Source of the DNA: Tannerella sp.
GTDB lineage: Bacteria > Bacteroidota > Bacteroidia > Bacteroidales > Tannerellaceae
Direction of reading: 5' to 3'
DNA length: 64,000 bases
NCBI GenBank assembly: GCA_031270465.1
Contig: JAISXP010000088.1
Location: 667-64,666, forward strand
Part shown: positions 18,338-28,066 of the stretch, one piece after another
How positions within the stretch are numbered: position 1 is the first letter of the stretch
Layout of the letters: every line of letters starts with the position of its first letter
Made by a program: the position numbers and the translations under genes
The notes under the pieces: generated by a model
Told to the model about the DNA's origin: nothing
The model's database searches: none
The model's input: the letters and a program-made list of their open reading frames with translations, nothing else

Positions 18338-18915
18338 ATTTTCAGCCGTCCATCACAAAGGAAGAAGTCGCCCGCCTGCCGGTAGAAATGTACCGGGGGC
18401 AAATCGTTGTTGTCGACAACCGGAGGATGATTGATGGAGCGATGGCGCGCCTGTCGTCGAGCGACATCGTGGGATTTGATACCGAGACGCGGCCGAACTT
18501 TACGAAAAACCAGCATCATAAAATCGCGCTGGTACAGCTTGCACTGAACGATGTGTGCTATCTGTTCCGCATCAACCGTCTGGAGGGTTTTCCTCCGCAA
18601 CTGATCGATTTTATCAGTGACGGGAAGGTGATAAAGGTGGGTCTTTCGCTTCAGGACGATTTTCATTCCATACGCAGACGCACAGCCATCGAGCCGGCCA
18701 GTTTCGTCGACCTGCAAAAGATGGTGCCTGCGTTTGGAATTTCGGACATCAGTCTGCAGAAGATTTATGCCATCCTGTTCGGAAAGAAAATATCGAAAAA
18801 GTCGCGCCTGAGCAACTGGGATGCCGACACGCTGACCGAAGCACAGATGCAGTATGCGGCGCTGGATGCATGGACATGTCTGCAGATTTATCAATTCCTG
18901 AATCTGCAGAAATGA
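18316..18915 (+). CDS. 3'-5' exonuclease domain protein (RNase D / DnaQ-like)
   Basis: IVGFDTETRP...ALVQLA...QMQYAALDAW. It overlaps the upstream gene by 22 nt. Confidence 0.8.
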   Translation: MSGEREMNFQPSITKEEVARLPVEMYRGQIVVVDNRRMIDGAMARLSSSDIVGFDTETRPNFTKNQHHKIALVQLALNDVCYLFRINRLEGFPPQLIDFISDGKVIKVGLSLQDDFHSIRRRTAIEPASFVDLQKMVPAFGISDISLQKIYAILFGKKISKKSRLSNWDADTLTEAQMQYAALDAWTCLQIYQFLNLQK

Positions 18916-20096
18916 ACGTCGGCAGGATATTTCTCAAACCTCGAAAGGAGGAGTCTCTGCTGCGGTTTCATCCGTGGGTTTTTTCCGGCGCGATCGCGTC
19001 CGTGAGCGGACAGGTGGAGGACGGCGATGTGGTGGAGGTTCATGATTCCGCCGGCCGTTTCCTTGGCGTCGGGCATTACCAGGTGGGGAGCATCGCGGTG
19101 CGGATACTCTCGTTCCGTCCCGAGACGGTCGACCATGGTTTCTGGACGCGCCGTCTGCGCTCTGCATACGATGTGCGGCGCACGCTCGGACTGTGCACGG
19201 CCGGCAATGATACCTTCCGGCTCGTATACGGCGAAGGCGATATGCTGGCGGGTCTGGTTGTCGACATGTATGGACAGACGGCGGTCATGCAGGCACATTC
19301 CGTCGGGATGCATCGCGCGCGGACGGCCGTGGTGGCGGCGCTGAAAGAAGTGCTGGGCGATGCGCTGCAGCACGTCTATTACAAGTCGGAGGGCACTTTG
19401 CCGTTCAAGGCTGCGCTCGGACAGGAAAACGAATATCTGCTGGGCGGGGAAGAGAACGATGCGGTGGCGACCGAAAACGGTCTGCGGTTCCACATCGACT
19501 GGCTGAAGGGGCAGAAGACGGGATTCTTCGTCGACCAGCGCGAAAACCGTGCGCTGGTGGAACGGTACGCTCACGGCCGTTCCGTGCTGAACATGTTTTG
19601 CTACACGGGCGGCTTCTCCGTATATGCCATGCGCGGGAATGCCGTCGCCGTACATTCGGTAGACAGTTCGGCCAAAGCCGTTGCCATGACGGAAAAGAAT
19701 GTCGAACTGAATTTCCCCGACGATGCACGCCACAGCGCGTTTGCTGCGGATGCGTTCGACTTTCTCGAAGCGACGGGCGACTGCTACGATCTGATCGTGC
19801 TCGACCCGCCGGCCTTTGCCAAACACAGGAACGTCCTGCGAAACGCCCTGCAGGGTTACCGCAAGTTGAATGCCGTCGCCATCGGGAAAATCAGACCGGG
19901 CGGCATCCTCTTCACGTTTTCATGCTCGCAGGTCGTATCGAAAAACGATTTCCGCCTGGCCGTCTTCAGCGCCGCCGCCCGGACAGGACGCCATGTACGC
20001 ATACTCCACCAGCTGACGCAGCCCGCCGACCATCCCGTCAGCATCTGCCATCCCGAAGGCGAATACCTCAAGGGGCTGGCGCTGCTTGTGGAATGA
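18912..20096 (+). CDS. rlmI: Class I SAM-dependent 23S rRNA m5C methyltransferase RlmI-like
   Basis: PUA-like N-terminus (FHPWVFSGAI) and a SAM-methyltransferase core (VLNMFCYTGGFSVYA...DLIVLDPPAF). The start was set at the ATG at 18912, an ATGA overlap with the upstream stop. Confidence 0.8.
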   Translation: MNVGRIFLKPRKEESLLRFHPWVFSGAIASVSGQVEDGDVVEVHDSAGRFLGVGHYQVGSIAVRILSFRPETVDHGFWTRRLRSAYDVRRTLGLCTAGNDTFRLVYGEGDMLAGLVVDMYGQTAVMQAHSVGMHRARTAVVAALKEVLGDALQHVYYKSEGTLPFKAALGQENEYLLGGEENDAVATENGLRFHIDWLKGQKTGFFVDQRENRALVERYAHGRSVLNMFCYTGGFSVYAMRGNAVAVHSVDSSAKAVAMTEKNVELNFPDDARHSAFAADAFDFLEATGDCYDLIVLDPPAFAKHRNVLRNALQGYRKLNAVAIGKIRPGGILFTFSCSQVVSKNDFRLAVFSAAARTGRHVRILHQLTQPADHPVSICHPEGEYLKGLALLVE

Positions 20097-20238
20097 CAGG
20101 GTCGAGCTAAAAAAAAATTTGTTTTCAGTATTATGTTTGTTTATGATTAATTGGAAACACATCACGCGGTTTCATATAATAACGGCACCGGTAACAGCGT
20201 TTGAAAATAAAGACATAATCAGTCCGGAAATAAATGAT

Positions 20239-20246
20239 TATTTTTG
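20239..20246 (+). promoter_or_regulatory. Bacteroidetes-type -7 promoter box (TAnnTTTG)
   Basis: TATTTTTG, 50 nt upstream of the MBL-fold gene ATG. Confidence 0.45.
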
Positions 20247-20296
20247 CGCGGAGAAAAACTGAAGTATTATCATTTTCCGACATATTAAAGTAAAGC

Positions 20297-21100
20297 ATGA
20301 AACTATCTTTTCTGAGTTTGGCAAGCGGAAGCAGCGGAAACTGCTATTATCTGGGCACATCCGAATACGGCATCCTGATCGATGCGGGCATCGGCATACG
20401 GCAGATAAAAAAGGCGCTGAAGGATAAAGGCATCGATTTCGAGCGAATCGTGGCCGTGCTGGTGACGCACGACCATGCCGACCATATCAAGACGGTGGGC
20501 TGTCTGGGCGAAAAATACAATATTCCGATTTATGCTACCGAACGTGTACACGACGGCATCGACCGGAGCCGCTACGTGGAAGAGACGCTCTATCAGTCGC
20601 GCAGGATCATCGAAAAGGAAAAACCCTTCGCGATTCGCGACCTGCGTATCGAAGCCTTCGAGGTGCCGCACGACAGTTGCGACAATGTGGGTTATATGAT
20701 TGAATGTGACAGTCTCCGGTTTACGATTGCTACGGATGCGGGCTTCGTTTCCGATACCGTCGTCCGGTATCTCTGCTGTTCCAATTATCTCGTACTCGAA
20801 GCCAACTATGATGAAGAGATGCTGCAGCAAGGGAACTATCCCGAATTTCTGAAGGAGCGCGTTTCGGGCAGGTACGGCCACCTGAGCAACCGCGAGGCTG
20901 CCGAATTTCTTGCAACCTTCTATACGCGGGAATGGAAAGCCGTATGGCTGTGTCACCTGAGCCGGGAAAACAACCATCCCGAACTGGCCTACAAAACGGT
21001 AGACCTGCGTCTGTTGCAGGAAGGCATTCGCGTCGGAAAAGATTTGCTGCTGAACGTGCTGAAGCGGATGACGCCGTCGGACGTGTTTGAGTTGGAGTAG
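20297..21100 (+). CDS. MBL-fold metallo-hydrolase
   Basis: Contains the LVTHDHADH motif. The N-terminus is LASGSSGNCYYLG. Confidence 0.85.
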   Translation: MKLSFLSLASGSSGNCYYLGTSEYGILIDAGIGIRQIKKALKDKGIDFERIVAVLVTHDHADHIKTVGCLGEKYNIPIYATERVHDGIDRSRYVEETLYQSRRIIEKEKPFAIRDLRIEAFEVPHDSCDNVGYMIECDSLRFTIATDAGFVSDTVVRYLCCSNYLVLEANYDEEMLQQGNYPEFLKERVSGRYGHLSNREAAEFLATFYTREWKAVWLCHLSRENNHPELAYKTVDLRLLQEGIRVGKDLLLNVLKRMTPSDVFELE

Positions 21101-21155
21101 CGCCCGTTCCTGCATCTCTTTTCCGGAAAGCAAAAGCAGTCTGCGTGCGAACGGT

Positions 21156-22181
21156 CTACAGCATTTTCAGGATTTCGTCAATATCCATGCCCGTGATTCC
21201 AGATATTTGTTCTGCCGGGAATTTTTCTTTCGACAATCTTTTCACTATCTCCCGAAGCACCGCCTCTTTCTCCTGAATGGCGGCATCTTTTTCCTGAATG
21301 GCCGCGTCTTTCTCCTGAATGGCGGCTTCCTTTTCCCGAAGCGCCGCTTCCTGCTCCCGGATGACGGCATCTTTCTGTTCGGCTATCTTTTTTTCGGCCG
21401 ACCGGACAGTATTCAGGTAGTCCCAGTAGTGTTTTTGCGATTCACGGTAGGCATACCGTTCCGCTTCGTCCAGCTGCTCTATCTCCGCAATGCGGAATAG
21501 ACGCCTGAATACCCGCTCGCGGAGGGCTTTCGGACGGTCGTCCAGCAGAGCGAGATTCTTGAACACGTACATCCACTTGTCCAGCAGTGTCTCCAGTTCC
21601 GCCTCGCTCTTCGTGAACTTCGGCAGTTCCAGATAAATGTATGTCAGCTTGTCGTAAAAGACCTTCCCCGTTTCGGTATCCGACAGCTGTACATGATGGA
21701 GCCAAGGATACGGCCTGAGGCCTCCCCCGTCGTCCCTGAACTCGAAATTCAGTATCCCGATCATGTATACTCCATTCAGTTCGAAGTTCCATTCCTGGCC
21801 TTTTTTCGCCTGCTCCTGTATCGGGAAGGTGGAATAGTAGACGCTTCTGTCCTTGAAAAACTCCTGGTAAGAGCGCTGCATCTCCACGATAAACTTCTCG
21901 CCCCCGTCCGTTTCGCAGTATATGTCGTACACTGCGCTGCGGTCTGCTTCGCTTCGTCCCAGCTGTGCGGGATTCATGTAGCGCAGCGTCCGTATGCTGT
22001 CGTCTTTCCGGAGCAGCACAGGGAGCAGTTCCTGAAGGACGTCCTTGTTGGCTTCGGTGCCGAACAGTTTCTTGAAGCCGAAATCGGTATGCAGGTCAAT
22101 GTACCGTGCACGTCCTTCCGGCAGTACCGGCGCGGCGGGCTGGCTTGCCGGTTTTGTCCGTGAGTTCCGTCTGGTGGTCAT
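21156..22181 (-). CDS. Rpn family recombination-promoting nuclease / PD-(D/E)XK putative transposase
   Basis: YIDLHTDFGFKKLFG...DIYCETDGGEKFIVEMQ...YYSTFPIQEQ. The true start is taken at the ATG at 22181 (MTTRRNS). The track's 624-aa ORF runs on into the antisense of queA. Confidence 0.8.
   Translation of the reverse strand: MTTRRNSRTKPASQPAAPVLPEGRARYIDLHTDFGFKKLFGTEANKDVLQELLPVLLRKDDSIRTLRYMNPAQLGRSEADRSAVYDIYCETDGGEKFIVEMQRSYQEFFKDRSVYYSTFPIQEQAKKGQEWNFELNGVYMIGILNFEFRDDGGGLRPYPWLHHVQLSDTETGKVFYDKLTYIYLELPKFTKSEAELETLLDKWMYVFKNLALLDDRPKALRERVFRRLFRIAEIEQLDEAERYAYRESQKHYWDYLNTVRSAEKKIAEQKDAVIREQEAALREKEAAIQEKDAAIQEKDAAIQEKEAVLREIVKRLSKEKFPAEQISGITGMDIDEILKML
21266..21370. repeat. Five tandem 21-bp units inside the Rpn-family gene
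   Basis: Units start at 21266, 21287, 21308, 21329 and 21350 (CTTTCTCCTGAATGGCGGCAT and variants). They encode the heptads REKEAAIQEKDAAIQEKDAAIQEKEAV. Confidence 0.85.
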
Positions 22182-22210
22182 ATCTTCTGTTTTGTTTGTT
22201 CTTTGAACTG

Positions 22211-22218
22211 CAAATATA
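22211..22218 (-). promoter_or_regulatory. Bacteroidetes-type -7 promoter box (TAnnTTTG)
   Basis: Minus-strand TATATTTG, 29 nt upstream of the Rpn-family ATG at 22181. This supports the shortened start. Confidence 0.5.
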
Positions 22219-22267
22219 ACATGTTTGCTGCAAACTTCGTTCAAAAAGAATACGGAATCTTGAATCT

Positions 22268-23485
22268 TCACAGCAGCAGCGAACAGTCGCCATAACTCAG
22301 GAAGCGGAAATCGTGGCTGAGGGCATAATCGTAAATGCGTCGCCAGTCGTTGCGGACGAACGCGGAAACGAGCAGAAGCAGGGTGCTTTGCGGCTGGTGG
22401 AAGTTGGTGATGATGCCCCGTACGATTTTGAAAGTGTATCCGGGAGCAATCAGCAGCCGTGTTTGCGCGACGAGGCGGTCGGTTTGCCGTCTGTCCAGAT
22501 AATCGAGGATGTGTTGCAGCGCTTCGCGCGTGGAAAGACTGCGGGTGCAGTTTTCGTATGGCATCCACTGTCCGACCTGCAGGTCGCTCTCCGTCGCTTC
22601 CGGGTTTCCGGAGAGGATTGCGCCGATGCAGTAGAGGCTTTCCAGCGTGCGCACGGAAGTCGTTCCAACGGCAATGACAGGCGCTTCGTGACGCAGCAGC
22701 CGGGCGATCGTATGGCGCTGTACGGAGAAATGCTCGGCATGCATGTCGTGTCCTCCGACCATTTCGCTCCGCACGGGTTTGAACGTTCCCGCGCCCACAT
22801 GCAGCGTCACTTCTTCGCGGGTGAAGCCTTTTTTCTCCATGGCCACGAGCGTGTCGGACGTGAAATGCAGGCCTGCCGTCGGCGCGGCTACCGAACCTTT
22901 TATTTTGGCGTAGACGGTCTGGTATGTCTGCATGTCGGCCTGTTCCGTTTCGCGGTGCAGGTAGTGCGGGATGGGCAACACACCTGCGGCATCCAGCAGG
23001 TCGGCAAACGTGCATGACGGATGTTCCCACGAGAACGTAATCAGATGGCCGTCACCGCGGGTTTCTTTCCGTTCGGCAGTCAGCCGTACGGTTTCGCCCT
23101 TCAGTTGCACGGTTTGTTGAAGCAGTCCGCCTTTCCACTTTCTCAGATTCCCGACCAGACACAGCCAGGTGCACTGCCGCGTCTGCCGGAAAGCGAGCGC
23201 ATAGTCGTGCGGCTCGGCCGGTTCGAGGCAGAAAATCTCGATATGTGCGCCCGTTTCTTTCCTGAACGGCAGCCGCGCCTGAATGACGCGCGTATTATTG
23301 AAAACGAGCAGCGCACCGGCGGGCAAGTATTCCGTCAACTGTCCGAAATGAGCTTCGCCGATTTCGCCGTTTCTGTATACCAGCAGCTTCGACATGTCGC
23401 GCTGCGGAAGCGGATATTTTGCAATCCGTTCGTCCGGCAGGTCGTAATCGTAGCCGGAGATTTGAATATTCTTTGGATTCGTCAT
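22268..23485 (-). CDS. queA: S-adenosylmethionine:tRNA ribosyltransferase-isomerase
   Basis: YDYDLPDERIAKYP...AAPTAGLHFT...VGTTSVRTLES...NFHQPQSTLLLLVSAF. Confidence 0.9.
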   Translation of the reverse strand: MTNPKNIQISGYDYDLPDERIAKYPLPQRDMSKLLVYRNGEIGEAHFGQLTEYLPAGALLVFNNTRVIQARLPFRKETGAHIEIFCLEPAEPHDYALAFRQTRQCTWLCLVGNLRKWKGGLLQQTVQLKGETVRLTAERKETRGDGHLITFSWEHPSCTFADLLDAAGVLPIPHYLHRETEQADMQTYQTVYAKIKGSVAAPTAGLHFTSDTLVAMEKKGFTREEVTLHVGAGTFKPVRSEMVGGHDMHAEHFSVQRHTIARLLRHEAPVIAVGTTSVRTLESLYCIGAILSGNPEATESDLQVGQWMPYENCTRSLSTREALQHILDYLDRRQTDRLVAQTRLLIAPGYTFKIVRGIITNFHQPQSTLLLLVSAFVRNDWRRIYDYALSHDFRFLSYGDCSLLL

Positions 23486-23570
23486 TTCTGAAAATACTGT
23501 CTTCTTGAATCTGTCACCCGATACAGGAGTTTTCCCCGGTCATTCGGCGATGAAATCCGGGGATGTCGAT

Positions 23571-26500
23571 TTATAGCCGGTCCTGTTCTTTTCTTGTTAT
23601 CAGAAAAAAAACGATGACCCCCATCCCGACACCCCAGACATACGGATTGCCGAGCGGAGAAGCCGTCTTGTGCATGATATGCGAATGTTCGGACTGTTCG
23701 GTCTGCACTGCGGTTACAGGCGTATCTTCAAACGAAAATTCGCCAATCAGAACGCCTTTGCCTCCCCTGCCTACTGCGCTGCTGTCCTGAAAGGTGATCA
23801 GCCGGCGTTCTTCGCGTCCGCTGCTGTAGTACAGGAATATTTCGGCCATGATAGTGGTCGGGCCGGAGAGCGTCAACTGGGTTTCGCCGAAAAAGTTCGT
23901 CATAATCGTATACTTTCCGTCGATGGCCTTTTTCAGCAGGAACTGTTCCGGGCCGTAGCCTCGCGTGAAGTCGCGACTCAGGCGGCCTCCCGTTTCGGTA
24001 CGGTTGTGGTTGTAGTCACACTTTTCGCCGTCCGGGTCTGTTACCCACAGGTCGATGTCGGTATTGTCTTTGTTCCAGTTGATGACGACGCGGATGTCTA
24101 CCGGCAGTCCGGCCAGGATTTTCGGATTGATTTCGTCGAGATTCAGCCTGCTGCCGTGTCGGGAGACCAGGTTGTTGATTTCGCAGACAATGATTTCTTC
24201 GATGCCGGCGATGCGTTCTGCGGCTTCGGGCGTGTAAGACTTCGTCAGCACGCCGTACAGGCAGTCGAGCGCTTCCTGCCAGCGCGCGTTGTCCTGCAGG
24301 GCGAGCGCATGATCGCGGTGGCTCTGCGCATCCATCGGGCGCCATTCCTTTATCTTTCCGGTGATGAACAGTTCGGCGGCGTATTCGCCTCGTTCCTTTA
24401 GCTTGTAGGCCAGCGTGCGAAACAGTTCGGCGTTTTCCGGCGCGAGGTCGGCAAGACAGCTCAGTATCAGCAGGCCTTTGTCGTCCTGTCCTCGCGAGTA
24501 GAAGAAGTTCGACGCGTCGAAGAAGAAGGCCGGCGTTTCGGCATACGTCTCGCGCAGGACAAGATATGTGGCATAGGGGTCGGAGGCGGCTTCGAGACGG
24601 CGGATATAATCCCGGTCGACTTTGATGTCCGGGATTGTGATTCCCGATTGAGCAGGCTTTCCGTCCGCAGACAGCATCTGATTTTTGTTTCTCCTGTATG
24701 CTGTTTCGCGGTACAGGGGCGGAGGAGGAGGCTCTGCCGAGATTTCCACTATCTCCATTTCTTCGACCACTGTCGGGGCGACATAACCCTGTCGGGGGCG
24801 GGCGCTACTTACGTCTTCCGACGAGGCCAGTTCGTCGGAAGACGGGACGGCGCGGCGTTCCTTTTCGGGCTGGGGATATTTTTTCTTCCGGGTGAAATCC
24901 GTGTTCCACCATGCTTTCAGGTCGTCGGTCATGGCGACGGAGCGTTCGAGCAGGTCGTTGATGCGTTCTTCCTTTTCCAGCCGCCGGGCCTTTGCAAGGC
25001 TGTTGTATTCGTCGAGCAGTTCGTCGGGAGGCGTAATTTCGTACCGCACGTAATCGGTCACGTTTTCCAGTACAATCAGGCTTGTATTGCGTGTGACAAG
25101 TCCGAACTGCTTGCCCAGACGTTCGATTTCATCCCTGTGACGGTCGTAGTTCACGTCCAGTTCGGCGATTTTCTTTTGCGCCCAGACGCGGTATATATCC
25201 ACATCGGAGGCTGTGTGTTTCAATTTTGTTTTTTGTTTCACGGTCACGTTCCCGTTGCGGCCGAAGAGCAAGGTCAGTTCTTTCTGTCCTGCGCGGACGA
25301 TTCCGGCTACCGAAATGTGACCGTTCACCTCCGTGGGAATCGAGGGATAGACTTCCGACACGGCGTTTTTTTCTTCGATGCCCAGGAAATGCAGGTCGTT
25401 TTGCGAGAGCTGCCCGAAAGCTTCGTCGACCGATGAGGCGGACAAGTTCACAAACTTTCCGCCCGTGCGGCTGCCGAGGGCTTTCAAGGCGCTGTAGTCG
25501 GCTTGCAGCGAAGAGGCGATGCAGTGAACCGGCCGGCGGATGGATACGCTGCCGTCGCCGAACGTGGACATCCCTTCGGTAAAAAACAGGTATTCGCCGG
25601 CAGAAAATTCCCTGTCGTCGAGTTTGCTGAAATCCGTGCCGCCGTCGTACACCACATTCAGGAGATACGTTTTCAGCTCGCTCCAGTCGCCGTTTTTGAT
25701 TATAAAGGTTCGTGCTTTCCGGTACGATATGTTCAGCAGTCCCAGTTCGACTGTCAGGTTCTGTTTGTGGCTGATGATTTTTCCCAGCAAGTCGAGTTCT
25801 TTCTCTCTGTCGCGCTGCAGTCCGCTCAGCGAACTGTCCCAGATGACGCCAAGCGTGTTGCTCCACGTTTTCGCTTTTCCCCCGTCCTGCTGCTGACAGG
25901 CGTTGATGAGGAAATACGACGAGCCGTCCGTATTTTTCTGCAGGATGACTTCGGGGACGCGCATGTCTTTCGGCAGGTTGACCGTCAGAGCGCTGTTCGG
26001 TCGGAAACCGTTTTTGTGCATGGATGCTTCGTAGATGTGTTCGTAGCCGGCGAACGAAAAACTGTGGTCGGGCTGTTCGACAAGCCGTGGTCGCAGGACG
26101 GCATTATACACCTTCATCCGCAGGGAAAATGATGCGATGCTTTGCGGATATTTCAGGGGCAGGCGATACTGCATCTCGCGGCTGTTGCGAAACTGGAGCG
26201 TTTCTTCATAGCTCACGCGGACGGTACGGATTTTTCCGGCGTTGAGCGGATAGATGCGGGAGCGAAAGTTGTTTCCTCCCACTCGCTCCAGCAATCCGGG
26301 GTCGACGTTGCGGCGCTCGATGCTTTCGAACACCTCCGTCGCTCTGTCGGCCGGTACGGGTACGGCATCGCGCAGACGGCCGTCGATGTCGATCGCATAC
26401 CCGCTTACGGTTACGCCTTCGGGCATCGGAAACGTCAGCTCGCCTTCGAGGATGCGGGTCGTATGATTGCGGAAATCCATCGTCATTGTCGTGACGGCAA

Positions 26501-26660
26501 TGTTACCGAATACTTCCACTTCGATATTCATCCGTTCGAGCGTTATCGACGCGTCGGGGATGTTTTTATCCGATGTTTTCATGACCGGCATCTGTGCCGG
26601 CAGTTCCGCCGCCGCCAGCCATCCGGTTATCACCGTATACAGAAAAATGTATCGTCTCAT
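23571..26660 (-). CDS. Large secreted, C-terminally anchored protein with VIT-like, vWA-like and DUF2135-like regions
   Basis: The start is set at the ATG at 26660 (MRRYIFLYTVITGWLAAAELPAQ signal). The N-terminal region VEVFGNIAVTTMTMDFRNHT...GELTFPMPEGVTVSGY is VIT-like. A DSSLSG MIDAS-like motif is present. The C-terminal DIDLWVTDPDGEKCDYNH...RGYGPEQF is DUF2135-like. There is a final hydrophobic segment WGVGMGVIVFFLI. Confidence 0.7.
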   Translation of the reverse strand: MRRYIFLYTVITGWLAAAELPAQMPVMKTSDKNIPDASITLERMNIEVEVFGNIAVTTMTMDFRNHTTRILEGELTFPMPEGVTVSGYAIDIDGRLRDAVPVPADRATEVFESIERRNVDPGLLERVGGNNFRSRIYPLNAGKIRTVRVSYEETLQFRNSREMQYRLPLKYPQSIASFSLRMKVYNAVLRPRLVEQPDHSFSFAGYEHIYEASMHKNGFRPNSALTVNLPKDMRVPEVILQKNTDGSSYFLINACQQQDGGKAKTWSNTLGVIWDSSLSGLQRDREKELDLLGKIISHKQNLTVELGLLNISYRKARTFIIKNGDWSELKTYLLNVVYDGGTDFSKLDDREFSAGEYLFFTEGMSTFGDGSVSIRRPVHCIASSLQADYSALKALGSRTGGKFVNLSASSVDEAFGQLSQNDLHFLGIEEKNAVSEVYPSIPTEVNGHISVAGIVRAGQKELTLLFGRNGNVTVKQKTKLKHTASDVDIYRVWAQKKIAELDVNYDRHRDEIERLGKQFGLVTRNTSLIVLENVTDYVRYEITPPDELLDEYNSLAKARRLEKEERINDLLERSVAMTDDLKAWWNTDFTRKKKYPQPEKERRAVPSSDELASSEDVSSARPRQGYVAPTVVEEMEIVEISAEPPPPPLYRETAYRRNKNQMLSADGKPAQSGITIPDIKVDRDYIRRLEAASDPYATYLVLRETYAETPAFFFDASNFFYSRGQDDKGLLILSCLADLAPENAELFRTLAYKLKERGEYAAELFITGKIKEWRPMDAQSHRDHALALQDNARWQEALDCLYGVLTKSYTPEAAERIAGIEEIIVCEINNLVSRHGSRLNLDEINPKILAGLPVDIRVVINWNKDNTDIDLWVTDPDGEKCDYNHNRTETGGRLSRDFTRGYGPEQFLLKKAIDGKYTIMTNFFGETQLTLSGPTTIMAEIFLYYSSGREERRLITFQDSSAVGRGGKGVLIGEFSFEDTPVTAVQTEQSEHSHIMHKTASPLGNPYVWGVGMGVIVFFLITRKEQDRL

Positions 26661-26714
26661 AATGTTGTTGTTTTTTATTGAACAGGTTTCAATTCCGTTG
26701 TTATATATACACTG

Positions 26715-26722
26715 CAAAGATA
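26715..26722 (-). promoter_or_regulatory. Bacteroidetes-type -7 promoter box (TAnnTTTG)
   Basis: Minus-strand TATCTTTG, 54 nt upstream of the VIT-like ATG at 26660. Confidence 0.5.
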
Positions 26723-26987
26723 CGACTTGAAAGCAATTTCCATAAGGGTGCATTTCAGATTATCGCTTTTTTTTTTCAGGCACGCGAAATAAACAGCATG
26801 TAACGGTTCGATTCCATGTCCCGTAGAGACATAATGCTGGTAGAAAATGCGTGCCCCACACCCCGCTCCCGTCCCGTCAGGGACGAATGTGTTGGGAAAT
26901 CCACATTTCGACCCGTCAGGGACACGTTTTTTTGCAAAAAACACTATCTTCGCACCATATACATAAAATATATACATATACCTGACG

Positions 26988-28052
26988 ATGAAAAATGAAT
27001 ATAATGTACTGGGACTGATGTCGGGCACATCGCTCGACGGTCTGGATATGGCGCTGTGCCGTTTTGAAAAGCTGCCCGAACGCTGGATGTACGAGGTGAT
27101 TGCCGCCGAAACGCATCCCTATTCCGGCGAGCTGCAGTCGCGGCTGGCGAAAGCGACGGATATTCCGGCATACGATTTTGTGAAGCTGGACGTCGAGCTG
27201 GCCGCGATGATGGCCGCTGCAGTCCGTGCGTTCCTCGCGAAGCAGACGGTCAGACCCGACTTTCTGGCATCGCACGGGCACACGACGTTTCACCAGCCGG
27301 CGCTGGGCGTCACTTCGCAAATCGGGAACGGCGCCACGCTGGCGTCGCATACGGGTATTACGACGGTTTGCGATTTCCGTACGCGCGACGTGGCGCTCGG
27401 CGGACAGGGCGCACCGCTCGTGCCCATCGGCGACGAACTGCTCTTCGGACACTACGACGCATGTCTGAATCTCGGTGGATTCTCCAATATCTCGTTTCGC
27501 CGTGCAGGCCGGAGGGTCGCTTTCGACGTCTCGCCGTGCAACATGGCGCTGAACTTCCTTGCCCGACAGCTGGACATGTCCTTTGACCGTGACGGGGAAA
27601 CAGCCCGCAGCGGCAGGGTAGACCGCAGGCTTGTGGAGGCACTGAATGCGCTGGATTTCTATCACCGGCGCGGAGCCAAATCGCTGGGAAGGGAATGGTT
27701 CGATGCCGTATTCCGTCCCTGTCTGGAAGCGGCGCCTCTGTCCGTTCCCGACAAACTCCGCACGCTGACGGAGCATATTGCCGTACAGATTGCCCGCGCC
27801 TCGGACGGGACAGCGGGCGAAACCATGCTTGTGACGGGAGGCGGGGCGCGAAACGTCTTCCTGACAGAACGGCTGCGCGAACTCGGCAGCAGGACGGTCG
27901 TCATTCCCGATATGCAGACTGTTGACTTCAAGGAAGCCATCATCTTCGCCTTCCTGGGCGTTCTGCGCATGAGGGGCGAGACAAATTGCCTGCGCGATGT
28001 GACCGGCGCAGACGCCGACAGTTGCGCCGGAGCGGTGTATCTGGCCGGATGA
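26988..28052 (+). CDS. anmK: Anhydro-N-acetylmuramic acid kinase
   Basis: GLMSGTSLDGLDMAL...GNGATLA...RDVALGGQGAPLVP. Confidence 0.9.
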   Translation: MKNEYNVLGLMSGTSLDGLDMALCRFEKLPERWMYEVIAAETHPYSGELQSRLAKATDIPAYDFVKLDVELAAMMAAAVRAFLAKQTVRPDFLASHGHTTFHQPALGVTSQIGNGATLASHTGITTVCDFRTRDVALGGQGAPLVPIGDELLFGHYDACLNLGGFSNISFRRAGRRVAFDVSPCNMALNFLARQLDMSFDRDGETARSGRVDRRLVEALNALDFYHRRGAKSLGREWFDAVFRPCLEAAPLSVPDKLRTLTEHIAVQIARASDGTAGETMLVTGGGARNVFLTERLRELGSRTVVIPDMQTVDFKEAIIFAFLGVLRMRGETNCLRDVTGADADSCAGAVYLAG

Positions 28053-28066
28053 ACGGGACGGCGGAG

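Noticed and set aside
22182-23030. The N-terminal 283 codons of the 624-aa track ORF 21156..23030(-).
   Set aside because: This part is Arg/Pro/Ala-rich low-complexity sequence lying antisense or out of frame over queA (22268..23485). The family-typical sequence begins at MTTRRNS (22181), and a TATATTTG -7 box sits 29 nt upstream of that ATG.
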